A DNA stretch of 64,000 nt from an uncultured Coriobacteriia bacterium (GTDB lineage Bacteria > Actinomycetota > Coriobacteriia > Anaerosomatales > CAVYJL01), in NCBI GenBank assembly GCA_963768865.1, contig CAVYJL010000002.1:258567-322566 (forward strand), read 5' to 3'. The notes beneath the pieces were generated by a model that saw only the letters and a program-made list of their open reading frames with translations, was not told where the DNA came from and did not search any database. The position numbers and the translations under genes were made by a program. Every line of letters starts with the position of its first letter. Within the stretch, counting starts at the first letter, position 1. Positions 35,090 to 44,852 of the stretch are shown in pieces.

Positions 35090-37591
35090 ATGAATCTGAC
35101 GCAACTGACGGTCGTGGTGCTCGCGGCGACGTTCAACGCCGTGTTGGCGTTCGTCGTCTATCTCCGGAACCGGAAGAGCGCCTCCAACAACGCGTTCGCC
35201 GTGTCGGCCACGCTCATGAGCGTCTGGCTGGTCCTCAACTTCATGTGCGACCAGCCCGCCTTCTACGGGTACGCACTCACGCTGAACAGGCTCGCGGCCG
35301 CGTCCGGGCTGCTCATGGGCATGGCCCTCGTGTACTTCGGCCTGGTCTTCCCGTCCACCCGGGCGCAGATCGGCCGAGCATGGATGTGGGTGCTCGGAGG
35401 CGGCGTGTTGATCACCGGGCTCACGGTGCTCACACCCGCCGTTGTGCAGGGGGTCGAGCTCGAGAGCTGGGGGACCAACGTGGTCCAGGGACCGCTCTTC
35501 CCGTTGTTCGCCGCCTATCCGGCGGGAATCCTCATCGGGCTCGGCGTGGAGCTCGTGCGCAAGTACCGCCACGCGACCGGCAGGGACAAGAGCCAGCTGG
35601 CCTACCTCTTCGTGGGAACCGGTCTGTTCGCCCTCATCAGCATCGCTTTCGGCGTTGTCGCTCCGCTGCTCACCGGCGGCAATCAGCTCGCTTGGCTCAA
35701 CACGTTCGCGACCCCTGTGTTCATCGGCTTCATCGCCTACGCGATCGTCAGGCATCGCGTGATGGACGTGCGCTTGGTGGTCCTGCGCGGCGCCGCGTAT
35801 GCGGTGCTCGTGCTCTGCGTCGCGGCGGTGTTCGTCGCCGCCGCGATCCTGGTGCGCGCCGACATCGCCGCGCGCGTCGGGTGGGACTCCGATCTGCTCT
35901 TCATCGTGGCCGGTCTCGCGACGGCGCTGGGCTTCCAGCCTCTCAGGCGCGGCCTCGAGCGCATGACCGACCGAGTCTTCTACCAGCGCGCCTACAACCC
36001 GAACAAGCTCCTCCGAGAGCTAGGCGCGGTGACCACGCGCACGCTGGACCCCGACGAGCTAGCTGCGCAGCTCGGCGCCGGGCTGCGTGACGGAATGCGT
36101 TTGGACTTCGCGGCGACCGCTTATTGCCAGGCCGAGAACATCGAGTGCGCGAGCACGAGCGAAGACTTCACAACCGCTGACGCCCGGCTGCTCACGGAGG
36201 CCCTCGAGGACAACACCCGCATCGTCTTCGCCGACGACCCGGGCACCGACGCGGCGATCGCGGCCCTCATGACCCGCCGCGCGACGCGTGTCCTCGTGCC
36301 GCTGGAAGTGGACGGAGCGCTGAGCGGCGCGCTCTTCCTGGGCGCCAAGCGCTCGGGCGGCATGTACTCCTCCGAGGATTGGCGCTTCCTGAGCGTCCTT
36401 CGTGCCGAGGCATCCATCGCGATCAAGAACGCCCAGCTCTTCGGCGAGAAGACCCAGCGGGTGCGGGAGCTCATGGCGCTCAACGACCTGGCCTATTCAC
36501 TCGGGGCCAGCGTGGACCTCGAAGCGCTGCTGAACGGCGCGCTCGAGCAGGCCGTATCGGTGACGGGCGCGGATCGCGGCTCGATCATGCTGCTGGACGA
36601 TGAGGACGGCACCCTGCACATCGAGGCAGGCCGAGGCATCCCTCGGGAGATCGTCGAAACGGCCCGGGTGCCCGTGGGAACCGGTGTGGCCGGCTGGGTC
36701 GCCGCGACCCGCGAGCCTCTGATCCTCGTGGACGACACCGACCCGCGGTTCCACGGCGAGCTCAAGCGCGACGAGATCATCTCCGCGATCGCGGCTCCTA
36801 TCGTGCGCAAGGACAAGGTCATCGGTGTCCTCAACGTGGCTCGCACGAGCTGCGCCGAGCTCTTCACCGCGGAGAATCTGCACGTAGTGACCTCGTTCGC
36901 CGGTCAGCTTGCTGTGGCGATCGAGAACGCACGGCTCTATGAGAACCTCGAGGAGACGTTCCTCGGGACCATCGAGGCGCTCGCCGCGACCGTGGATGCC
37001 AAGGACCCGTACACGTTCGGCCACTCCAAGGAAGTCACGCGCTACGCCGTCGCCATCGCCGAGGCCTTGGGGATGCCCGAGGAGGAGATCCGTGACGTTC
37101 GCGTGGCGGCGACGCTCCACGACATCGGCAAGGTGGCGGTGGACGGCGCGATATTGCAGAAGCCCGGCAAGCTGACGGCCGAGGAACGCGAGCTGATGAA
37201 CCGTCACCCCGCCACAGGGGCGGACATCCTGTCGTCGCTCGAGTTCCTCAAGGACACCGTGCCGCTGATCCTGTTCCATCACGAGCGCTACGGCGGTGGC
37301 GGATACCCGTCGGGGATCTCCGGCGAGACTATCCCGCTCGGGGCCCGGATCATCTCTGTCGCCGACTCGTACAACGCGATGGTCTCCGACAGGCCGTACC
37401 GCAAGGCACTCTCCGTGGAGTCCGCGGTCAAGGAGCTCAAGGACTGCTCGGCCACGCAGTTCGATCCCGCAGTCGTGGACGCCTTCCTGGACGTCCTGGC
37501 GCAGGAATCACTCGTGGGCCCCGTGCGGCTTGCTCGCAGCGAGCCCGCCGGATCCGAGGTCCGACACCTCAGGGCTGTGAATGCTCGCTAA
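35090..37591 (+). CDS. Membrane sensor: N-terminal 7TM domain, two GAF domains, C-terminal HD-GYP c-di-GMP phosphodiesterase domain
   Basis: 833 aa. HD-GYP motifs HSKEVTRYA, LHDIGK, HHERYGGGGYPSG. GAF-like blocks (GALFLGAKRSG..., VAGWVAATREPLILVD...VIGVLNVAR). Confidence 0.88.
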   Translation: MNLTQLTVVVLAATFNAVLAFVVYLRNRKSASNNAFAVSATLMSVWLVLNFMCDQPAFYGYALTLNRLAAASGLLMGMALVYFGLVFPSTRAQIGRAWMWVLGGGVLITGLTVLTPAVVQGVELESWGTNVVQGPLFPLFAAYPAGILIGLGVELVRKYRHATGRDKSQLAYLFVGTGLFALISIAFGVVAPLLTGGNQLAWLNTFATPVFIGFIAYAIVRHRVMDVRLVVLRGAAYAVLVLCVAAVFVAAAILVRADIAARVGWDSDLLFIVAGLATALGFQPLRRGLERMTDRVFYQRAYNPNKLLRELGAVTTRTLDPDELAAQLGAGLRDGMRLDFAATAYCQAENIECASTSEDFTTADARLLTEALEDNTRIVFADDPGTDAAIAALMTRRATRVLVPLEVDGALSGALFLGAKRSGGMYSSEDWRFLSVLRAEASIAIKNAQLFGEKTQRVRELMALNDLAYSLGASVDLEALLNGALEQAVSVTGADRGSIMLLDDEDGTLHIEAGRGIPREIVETARVPVGTGVAGWVAATREPLILVDDTDPRFHGELKRDEIISAIAAPIVRKDKVIGVLNVARTSCAELFTAENLHVVTSFAGQLAVAIENARLYENLEETFLGTIEALAATVDAKDPYTFGHSKEVTRYAVAIAEALGMPEEEIRDVRVAATLHDIGKVAVDGAILQKPGKLTAEERELMNRHPATGADILSSLEFLKDTVPLILFHHERYGGGGYPSGISGETIPLGARIISVADSYNAMVSDRPYRKALSVESAVKELKDCSATQFDPAVVDAFLDVLAQESLVGPVRLARSEPAGSEVRHLRAVNAR

Positions 37592-37797
37592 CTACAAGTG
37601 TTCGGCCGCTCGCATAATCTCTGCTTCACAGCCGCCAGAAACCGGAACCGAACGTGCCCAAGGCGGGCGCTGATGGTGCATAATGAACTTGTCGTTGAGC
37701 CCCCGCTCATTCGGCAAGATCGCTACGAGAAACAGCATAGCCGCAGCACCGCGCGCAGCCGATTTGGCGCCCGCGCGACGTAGCAGGAGGGGATTCC

Positions 37798-38511
37798 GTG
37801 GAGCCCGGGTCGACCCCCGCCGTGACCATCAGTGAGCTCGAGGCCGCCATCGCCGAGATAGGCGAGGTGCGCGCCGCTCGCATCGTCGCTTCTCCCGACG
37901 GCGTGATCGAGGAGATCCATGTCCTAGGCCTGCCTGGAAAGGCGCCCAAGCAGCTGGTCAGAGACGTGGAGGCCGTCCTGATGGCGGGCTACGGGATCTC
38001 GGTGGATCGGCGCAAGATCTCCGTCGCGCAGCTGGGTATCGCCGGCGAGCGCGTGCCGCTGGCACCCGTGGCGCCCTTCCCGGCCCCACACGACGCCGAG
38101 CCTGAGCCCGAACCCGAGCTCGTTTCCGTCGCGAACCAGCGCGTCAGGCTCGCCGATCTCGAGATGGACATGGACGCCATCAAGATGACCGTGCGGGTGT
38201 GTCTGGAGTCCGAGGGGGTTACCTACCTGGGCGAAGCGAGCGGCCCCGCGGGCTCGAAGACGCGTCATCGCATGGTGGCCGAGGCCACGGTGCGCGCGGT
38301 GGAGCAGCTGCCCGGGGTGGATGAACACTACGCCGTTGAAGATGTCCAGATCGTTCTGCTAGGTGGCAGGCAGGTCGCCCTGTGCAGTATCGTTACCGTT
38401 GCCGCCTTGAGCGAAGAAGCGCTCTCGGGCTCGGCGCTCGTGCGGCACACCGCAGAAAGCGCAACAGTCAGGGCTACACTCGACGCCCTGAATCGCCGAA
38501 TAGGTCTTTGA
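37798..38511 (+). CDS. Hypothetical two-domain cytoplasmic protein
   Basis: 237 aa. GTG start after aggagggg. N-domain ISELEAAIAEIGEVRAARIVASPDGVIEEIHVLGLPGKAPKQLVRDVEAVLMAGYGISVDRRKISVAQL, acidic/Pro linker, second ~110-aa domain. I recognise no family. Confidence 0.6.
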   Translation: MEPGSTPAVTISELEAAIAEIGEVRAARIVASPDGVIEEIHVLGLPGKAPKQLVRDVEAVLMAGYGISVDRRKISVAQLGIAGERVPLAPVAPFPAPHDAEPEPEPELVSVANQRVRLADLEMDMDAIKMTVRVCLESEGVTYLGEASGPAGSKTRHRMVAEATVRAVEQLPGVDEHYAVEDVQIVLLGGRQVALCSIVTVAALSEEALSGSALVRHTAESATVRATLDALNRRIGL

Positions 38512-38639
38512 TACGCGACAAAGAGGCGCTTGGACTGGCGCTGCACTTACTAGCCTGAGGATGCACATGAGCGGAGCGGACCTTCCTCTCCCGTCGCTAG
38601 CGGGAACGGGAGAAGACCACTTGTATGGGGGGTCTTCTC

Positions 38640-38732
38640 ATGAAGAACCGCATCCTGGCGAGCCTCTACACGGCCGCCTTCGGGATTACCATGGCTTTGT
38701 TTGTACTGCCGAACAGGGCGTACTGGCACTAG
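38640..38732 (+). CDS. Candidate 30-aa hydrophobic micro-ORF (MKNRILASLYTAAFGITMALFVLPNRAYWH)
   Basis: ATG immediately after a 9-bp hairpin (gagaagacc/ggtcttctc). One predicted TM. Below the ORF-track size cut-off. No homology evidence. Confidence 0.25.
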   Translation: MKNRILASLYTAAFGITMALFVLPNRAYWH

Positions 38733-38765
38733 AGACTGATTGGTGCAGAGTCGGTCCTTTGACTG

Positions 38766-38808
38766 GCGGGATGTGGCCGAGTGGTTAGCACGCGGCCACA
38801 TCCCGCCC
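38766..38808 (+). terminator. Perfect 15-bp stem hairpin with pyrimidine/T-rich tail (terminator or attenuator candidate)
   Basis: ggcgggatgtggccg-agtggttagcacg-cggccacatcccgcc followed by cttccgttcttcgtgt. Lies between the micro-ORF and the body of the HD-GYP gene. Confidence 0.45.
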
Positions 38809-40361
38809 TTCCGTTCTTCGTGTGGGGCCTCGCAGCGACTGCTGCGGTTGCGCTCGCCGCATCTTGGATCGCGATTCCAATCAAGTTCGATGCGACACTG
38901 GTCGTCCTGGCGGCACTCGCCCTGGTCGCTGAGTGGGCGACGTTCACCTCCTTCAAAGGAGGTGACATTGCGATCAGCTACCCTATCACTGTCGCGACGT
39001 TCGTGATCTACGGGCCGACCGCCGCGGCAGTGGTTGCCGTGTTGACGTCGTTGTTGGCAACTGCGCAGCTGAGGCAGGCACCGATTAAGGTTGCCTTCAA
39101 CGTCAGTGCCTCTGTGGCGGTGGAGCTTGCGGCCGCATGGAGCTATGTCTTTTCGTTGACCTTGCTGGCGCCCAACCAGCCGATCACGCTCACATCCACG
39201 ACGGAGTTCGCCCAGTGGCCAACCCTAGTCGGGCCGATTCTCCTCGCGTCGATTGTGACGGTCTTGCTGAACACGCTCCTTGTCGTCGTCGTGCTGTGGC
39301 TGGCCGAACGCACCAGTCCGGCGGCCTCGTTTCGGCATGCGGGGCTTGGCGTCTTCTCAGTCTTGCATCTGGTAATGGGGCTTGTGGGGCTGGCTGTTGC
39401 TCTGGTCACCGTGCAATTCAACTGGGTGGGCCTAGTTGTCTTCGTATTTCCGCTGTTGGCGGCCCGGCAGATATTCCAGACCTCCGCGCGACTTCAGCAG
39501 GACTATCCTGCCACGGTCCGGATCCTGGTCCGATCAATTGAAGCGAAGGATGAGTACACGCGAGGACACTCTGAGCGGGTGGCCGACTATGCCGCTCGGT
39601 TTGGCACCTTTCTCAGCGTGAAGGAGCGCGAGGCGGAGAGGATCCAGTTTGCCGCAATGCTTCATGACCTTGGGAAGATGGGAGTTCGCGCGGAGGTCCT
39701 GAACAAGCCTGCACAACTTACCGCCGAAGAGTACTCCGAGATGAAACGCCATCCCGTCGCAGGTCTCGAGATAGTGTCGCGAATCCCGGGCACGGAAGAC
39801 CTGCTCCCGGTAATCAGGCACCATCACGAGCGAATAGATGGGCACGGGTATCCGGATGGAATCTGTGGGGACTCCATACCCTACGGATCGCGCCTGCTTG
39901 CGGTATGCGACACCTACGATGCCATGACCTCGTCGCGCCCATATCGACCGGCAATGAGCGTGGAGGAGGCGACGGCTGAGCTTGAGGCAGTGGCCGGAAC
40001 CCAACTGGACTCATCACTGGCTCGTGCATTTGTCGCGATGATCGAGGGCGGGGAGGATCGGCGAGTCATGAGCCTAACGTTGCGCCGAGTCGTCGCTAGT
40101 CCTCCTACTCCTGGCGTCCGCGATGGCCCTCGTGGCAATCGCGCGGATACAGACTGGTCAGCAGGTGCCGTCGGCCGAGGTGGCCCTTCTCTTTGCCGTG
40201 CCTTCCGTGATTCTTCTGGGCTTGGATTGGGTTACTGGGGGCTTTCTGGACAACGACTTCGCGATCGGGGCGGACATTATCCTCATTGTGGCGAGCGCTG
40301 GCGTCTATTCTGTGTTCTTGGTGATGGTTCGGCGCATGGCGTCGCTCCTGACAAGAGGTGA
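38781..40361 (+). CDS. Polytopic membrane HD-GYP domain protein. The last ~80 codons look like out-of-frame read-through, so this is probably fused to or followed by 40123-41199.
   Basis: About 7 TM segments, then YTRGHSERVADYA, MLHDLGK, RHHHERIDGHGYPDG. GTG 38781 lies inside the hairpin; GTG 38820 is an alternative start. The Arg/Gly-rich tail after ...MIEGGEDRR overlaps the next ORF by 239 nt. Confidence 0.8.
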   Translation: MVSTRPHPALPFFVWGLAATAAVALAASWIAIPIKFDATLVVLAALALVAEWATFTSFKGGDIAISYPITVATFVIYGPTAAAVVAVLTSLLATAQLRQAPIKVAFNVSASVAVELAAAWSYVFSLTLLAPNQPITLTSTTEFAQWPTLVGPILLASIVTVLLNTLLVVVVLWLAERTSPAASFRHAGLGVFSVLHLVMGLVGLAVALVTVQFNWVGLVVFVFPLLAARQIFQTSARLQQDYPATVRILVRSIEAKDEYTRGHSERVADYAARFGTFLSVKEREAERIQFAAMLHDLGKMGVRAEVLNKPAQLTAEEYSEMKRHPVAGLEIVSRIPGTEDLLPVIRHHHERIDGHGYPDGICGDSIPYGSRLLAVCDTYDAMTSSRPYRPAMSVEEATAELEAVAGTQLDSSLARAFVAMIEGGEDRRVMSLTLRRVVASPPTPGVRDGPRGNRADTDWSAGAVGRGGPSLCRAFRDSSGLGLGYWGLSGQRLRDRGGHYPHCGERWRLFCVLGDGSAHGVAPDKR

Positions 40362-41199
40362 GCGAGCACGGTCGGCTACGTTGACCTCTGCGCTCTATGT
40401 AGTTGCGCCTCCCGCATTCGTCGGTCTCGCGCTCGCCGTCGCATATCGATTCCAGTTGCCAGGTCGCGAGCCCGGCATACTGGCAACGGTCGCCGTGGCC
40501 TTTCTATATGTTGCGGTCGATGCGTGCTTCGGCCTGCTCGCGCGCGCACGCAGGCCATATTGGCCATGGGCAACGCGAGCGAACCTCGGTGCGTACGGGC
40601 TCCTCTGGATATCTCAGGTGTCTCTCGCGGCGATGGTCGCCTTGACCCTTGGGTCCCTGGGGCTGCTGACTGTCGGGCTGTTCACGCTGCTTGCGGTGCT
40701 TCTTCGGGTTGCCTATGCATTTCTCAGGCGGCTGCTGAATCTCTACACGGCTACTGCGGAAGCGCTCGCCGTTGCCCTCGAGGCGACCATGCCGAACGAA
40801 GTACGCGACACGTCACGCATAGCGGTGCTGGTGCACGATTCCGCGCTCGAGTTGGGCCTCCCGGAGGAGGATGCGTCCATAGCAGCGTCAGCTGCCTGGC
40901 TTCGCTCCATCGTTGCTGGGGGCCTCCATCCTTCGGCTCCCGAACGGTTTCTCGAGGAGGACGGCGCCGCGCTCGCGTACCCGATGCGCGTGGTCGAGGC
41001 GACCACCGACGCTTCTCTCGCTGTCGAAGAGCGCTTCCGGCGCCTGGCGGTGTTGCTCTCCGAGGCTACTCGCTTCATTGACGGTTGCAGCGATGCTGCC
41101 AACAACGGTCTCACGACGTATGCGCTAGATGACCGATATCGTCGCGCGCAGCGAGCAACAATAGCTGCAATCGAACTGACCGATAGCGGCGGGCGATGA
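40123..41199 (+). CDS. Polytopic membrane protein with a degenerate (catalytic residues lost) HD-GYP-like C-terminal domain
   Basis: LYTATAEALAVALEATMPNEVRDTSRIAVLVHDSALELGLPEEDASIAASAAWLRSI aligns by eye with DYPATVRILVRSIEAKDEYTRGHSERVADYAARFGTFLSVKEREAERIQFAAMLHDLGK of the upstream protein. GHS is replaced by DTS and HD by RS, and there is no HHE..GYP. The frame is open upstream to 40078 (SSLVLLLLASA) without a start codon. Confidence 0.6.
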   Translation: MALVAIARIQTGQQVPSAEVALLFAVPSVILLGLDWVTGGFLDNDFAIGADIILIVASAGVYSVFLVMVRRMASLLTRGERARSATLTSALYVVAPPAFVGLALAVAYRFQLPGREPGILATVAVAFLYVAVDACFGLLARARRPYWPWATRANLGAYGLLWISQVSLAAMVALTLGSLGLLTVGLFTLLAVLLRVAYAFLRRLLNLYTATAEALAVALEATMPNEVRDTSRIAVLVHDSALELGLPEEDASIAASAAWLRSIVAGGLHPSAPERFLEEDGAALAYPMRVVEATTDASLAVEERFRRLAVLLSEATRFIDGCSDAANNGLTTYALDDRYRRAQRATIAAIELTDSGGR

Positions 41200-41221
41200 G
41201 TACCGTTCAAGCGAAATGCGC

Positions 41222-41249
41222 TTTACCGTATACTTCTGCGGAGTATAAT
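41222..41249 (+). promoter_or_regulatory. Sigma-70-like promoter candidate for the STAND-SARP regulator
   Basis: tttacc (-35), 16-nt spacer, perfect tataat (-10), 45 nt upstream of ATG 41294. The spacer holds a tatact/agtata inverted repeat. Confidence 0.4.
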
Positions 41250-41293
41250 CTCGGGACTCCTGCCCCTTGGAGTGTGCCCGGGAAGGCGAATAG

Positions 41294-44200
41294 ATGGACG
41301 TTGACTGCAGTCTCCGACAAGACGATGGAGGAGCAAGTAGCGCCACTCGTGCGCCCTTGCAGCGCCAGAGGCTCCTTGAGTTGGTCGCATCGGCTGCCGA
41401 GCCGGTGGTGTTGCTCTCTGCTCCCAGCGGATACGGGAAGTCCGTACTGGCTAGACAGATTGCCCACTCAAAGCTACACGAGAGCGTAGTCTGGCTCGAT
41501 CTGCCCGAAGAGGAACTAGGCGAACGTCTCCTGCTATCTCGCCTGCTGGCTGCCCTCGACGGTGGACCCGGCGCGGCCCTCAGCGATTCGTGGGCACTTC
41601 GCCGCTACGCTGAAGTCGACCACGAGTCGCTCGTCGCGGAGAGGCTACATACGCTTCAGGGACAGCGCGTGGCTCTCGTGCTGGACAATGTCTTCGCGGA
41701 AGCAGATGTGACTCCGCTCCGCAGTCTCGTAAGGGCGTTCGGGCGAGCGGCCGGCGAGGGCAGCACCGCCATCGTGACCACTAGAATGCCGCCTGACACC
41801 CTTTCGCTGGGCGAGCCGATGCTGGTCGCGACCGCCGAAGAGCTGCGACTTCGCCAAGAAGAGGCGCAGGCCTTGGCGGACTCCTTGTCGGGCGGTTCGA
41901 TCTCAGTATCCGACGTGGTCGAGCTGCTCGATCTCGCCGCGGGGCATCTGGCAAGCTTCCTGGTCCTTTGTAGGTCCGCGTCGCTCAACGGCATGGACTC
42001 GGTGAGGGGAGTCCTTGCAGCCCTCATTGAGCGCGCGGTTGCGGGTCGTCGCCGCGGCGCAGTTGGCCCCACAGGACCGGGAACTGCTCTTCGCTTGTAG
42101 CCTCTTGGGCAAGGGAACCGAGATCGACCTCCAGACGGTGCTCGGTTCGAGGGCGAATCTGATCAACTTGGCCGAGGCTATTCCCCTGGTGAGTTGCCGC
42201 GCCCTTCCGCGGAACGGGTTCGAGTTTCGCTGTCACGACCTCGCGACCTCCGCGTTCCTCAGCCGGCAGCTGGGCCAAAGAGCAGGTGCCTAGCTGGCGC
42301 CGCCTCGTGGACAGCACTGTAGCCGTGCTCGAGGAGAGGCGAGACCTGGAGCGCGCGATCAGGGCGCTCTCGGAGTTCTGCGCCGAAGAACTCCCCGACG
42401 CGCTTGTTCATCATGGCCAGGAGATGTTGGATCGGGGTCTCACCGGCCTACTGGGCAGCGCAATTGCCCGCATCCCCGTCAGCGTACTCCTTGCCAGCCC
42501 ACGTCTTCTCGTGCTCGATGCGAATGTCCGTCTGTTGCAGGGGGACCATGTGGAGGCGGAAAGGCGGGCTTCCGTGGCGCGCGAGCTTGCTCGGCACGCA
42601 GACGATTCTGAGGCAGAGATTGAGGCGCTCACAGTCGTCGATGCTGTTGCGTATTTGCGCGGAGACATCGGGGCCTCGCAGAAGGTCCTGCAGGAGGTTC
42701 TTGGAGTTGGCGTAGGACATCTTGGACCGAGGTCTGAGCTTCTGATCCGGTCCAGCATGGCTGTCGGCTACGGGTTCGTCGGCGACATCGAACAGTGCGC
42801 TGCAGAAGTCGAGGGCGTTCAGTCGCTCCTTGACCTTGTCGACCCCAACGATGGAGCGCGGATTCGCGCTGAACTGCGTGTCGCTGGGATACAAGGAGCA
42901 CTTCGTGGAGACATGAGGGCCGCCTGCACGAGCTTGGCGTCCATTGCGGCCCGTCCTGATCTGCAGGCGGCCGTTAGGTTCGAGATCTGTCATACGCTTG
43001 CTGGGGCGCTGGTAGAAGTCGGCAGACTCGATCGGGCCAAGGCGGTACTCGCCGAAGGCTGTGCAGGCATATCTGACTATGGCTTGACCAGCCTGGAGGC
43101 GGTGGCCGATTCGGTCCGAAGCACCATTGAGGTTGGCAAGGGGGATCTTCTCGGAGGCCTGCGCCTGGTAGAGCGATGCGTTGAAGGCATGACCCGCAAC
43201 GGAGAATTGGTCAACGCCAACTACCAGCGCATCCCATACGCCCAATTGCTGGCGGCGACCGGTGACCATGAGGCCGCCCTTTCGTGTGCAGAGGAGGCAT
43301 TGGAGTTCTTTGCGGCACACCAGATTACGGTCTTCACGTACGAGGTAACCGTCTGTGTCGCACTTTGTCTCGTGGCACTGGGAGATTCTCGAGCGGCTCG
43401 ATCCCAGGCACAAGGGGTCCGGGACGCGCTCGGGGATAGCGGATACCAGTACCACGAGCTCATAGCCGATCTCGTCCTCGCTGAGGCAGATCGTCTTGAA
43501 AGGGGCGCTGATGCTGGCACCGCTCGCCTGTCTTCGCAGCGCGACTACCTGCTCTCCGAGAATGGGAACTGGGCGGTTGCGGTCTTCACCCGAGTTCTTC
43601 CAGGCCTGCTTGGAATGCTGGCCGAGGCGGTTGCGCCGGACCGGCTCCCGTTGCACATGCTTCGAATGATCGGAGACGAGAAGCTCGACGAGGCGCTGAC
43701 GATCGCGGCGACATGGATGGAGCAAGAGCAGCTTGAGGAGCTTCAGAGGCACTCGGATCGCATCCGTGTGAAGCCGCGACGGTGGGTTCGCGCCTTCAAG
43801 GGATGCTACGTCCGGATGTTCGGCGGGCTGGACGTCGCGACGCCGGAGGCCGGACGCGTGACGGACCGCGATTGGAAGAAGCGGAAGGGCCGCATGCTCT
43901 TCGCGATGCTCGTCGCCAGGCGCGGTCACGATGTCCCGCGCGACGTGCTCTTCGATCGCCTGTGGCCCGACATGGACGGAGACCGGGCGCGCAACAACTA
44001 CTATGTCGTCCTCAGCTCAGTGAAGCGTGCGCTGTGCGGCGGGACGAGCAAAGGCCGCCAGCCATACATCGTCGTCAACGGCTCGATGTGCTCCATCGAC
44101 ACGACCACCGTTCGAAGCGACTTGGACGACTTCGACGAGCTGCTCGCGCTCGCGAATCGGGCCGAGGCCGACGGCGACCCGGACGAGGCCATCCGCGCCT

Positions 44201-44604
44201 ACACCGACCTCGCCGAGATCTACTGCGGGGACATGCTCCCGGGCGACATCTACGACGACTGGTTCTCGCAGCAGCGCGATACCTACAGGCAGGAGTTCAG
44301 CGACGCGATGCAACGCGGGGCTGCGCTCCTGGAGGCCAAAGGCGACCTCGGCTCGGCTATTCATCTCGTGAGGGCGGCTCTGGGCGTGGACGGTTTGCGC
44401 GAAGATCTCCACCAGGCCGCGATGCGGTTCCAGATCGCGGCCGGCCAGCGCAGCGCGGCTGTCGAGACATACTTGGCGTGCAAGGCGCGCCTTGCCGAGG
44501 ACCTGGGGCTCGACCCATCGGCGGAAACGCGCAGGCTCTACGAGACGATCTTGGCCATGGAGGGCGACAGCGACCCGATCCCCGAGGTCCCGGCCGACGA
44601 ATAG
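41294..44604 (+). CDS. Large STAND (MalT-like) ATPase - TPR-like helical repeats - C-terminal OmpR-type winged helix plus BTAD (SARP-type) transcriptional regulator, two frame breaks (~42035 and ~42282)
   Basis: Walker A LLSAPSGYGKS, Walker B RVALVLDNV. Middle piece only in ORF 42015-42293 (LAPQDRELLFACSLLGKG...FRCHDLATSAFL). The third frame continues VPSWRRLVDSTVAVLEE... and ends with YVRMFGGLDV...RKGRMLFAMLVARRGHDVPRDVLFDRLWP (wHTH) and DLDDFDELLA...AIRAYTDLAEIYCGDMLPGDIYDDWF...LGLDPSAETRRLYETIL (BTAD). Confidence 0.8.
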
Positions 44605-44818
44605 ACCTTGGTAAGGTCTGGGTAAGGTCCTTCCCTCACCATCTGAATCCCCCATACAGGGGATCGTCCGGGCACCGCCTAGCCAGTGCAGCGAAGCGGG
44701 GTCGGCCGCTGGTCATGCCGGTCGTGTGGTGAATAGAGGGCATGCTCTCGAGGGGCACCGGGGCGGCGTGCGAATGCCGACCGATGTTAGCTGGGAGGGG
44801 TGACTCGGGGCGATCACG

Positions 44819-44852
44819 GGGCGGGCGCGTGCGACTAGGCGCACGCGCCCGC
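44819..44852 (+). terminator. GC-rich hairpin between the SARP regulator and secA
   Basis: ggcgggcgcgtgc-gactaggc-gcacgcgcccgcc: perfect 13-bp stem, no U tail. Confidence 0.4.

Noticed and set aside
38766-38808. tRNA-like D-arm sequence (tggccgagtggttagcac), possible tRNA gene or att-site remnant.
   Set aside because: The flanks pair with each other as one simple 15-bp hairpin. There is no anticodon arm, T-arm (GTTCRANNC) or acceptor/CCA end, so it is not a tRNA. An att remnant cannot be shown without a matching repeat.
42015-42293. Independent 92-aa ORF between the two large SARP-regulator ORFs.
   Set aside because: Its sequence (LAPQDRELLFACSLLGKG...FRCHDLATSAFL) is the expected MalT-like middle segment linking the ATPase and helical-repeat parts. 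It is a frame-shifted piece of one gene.
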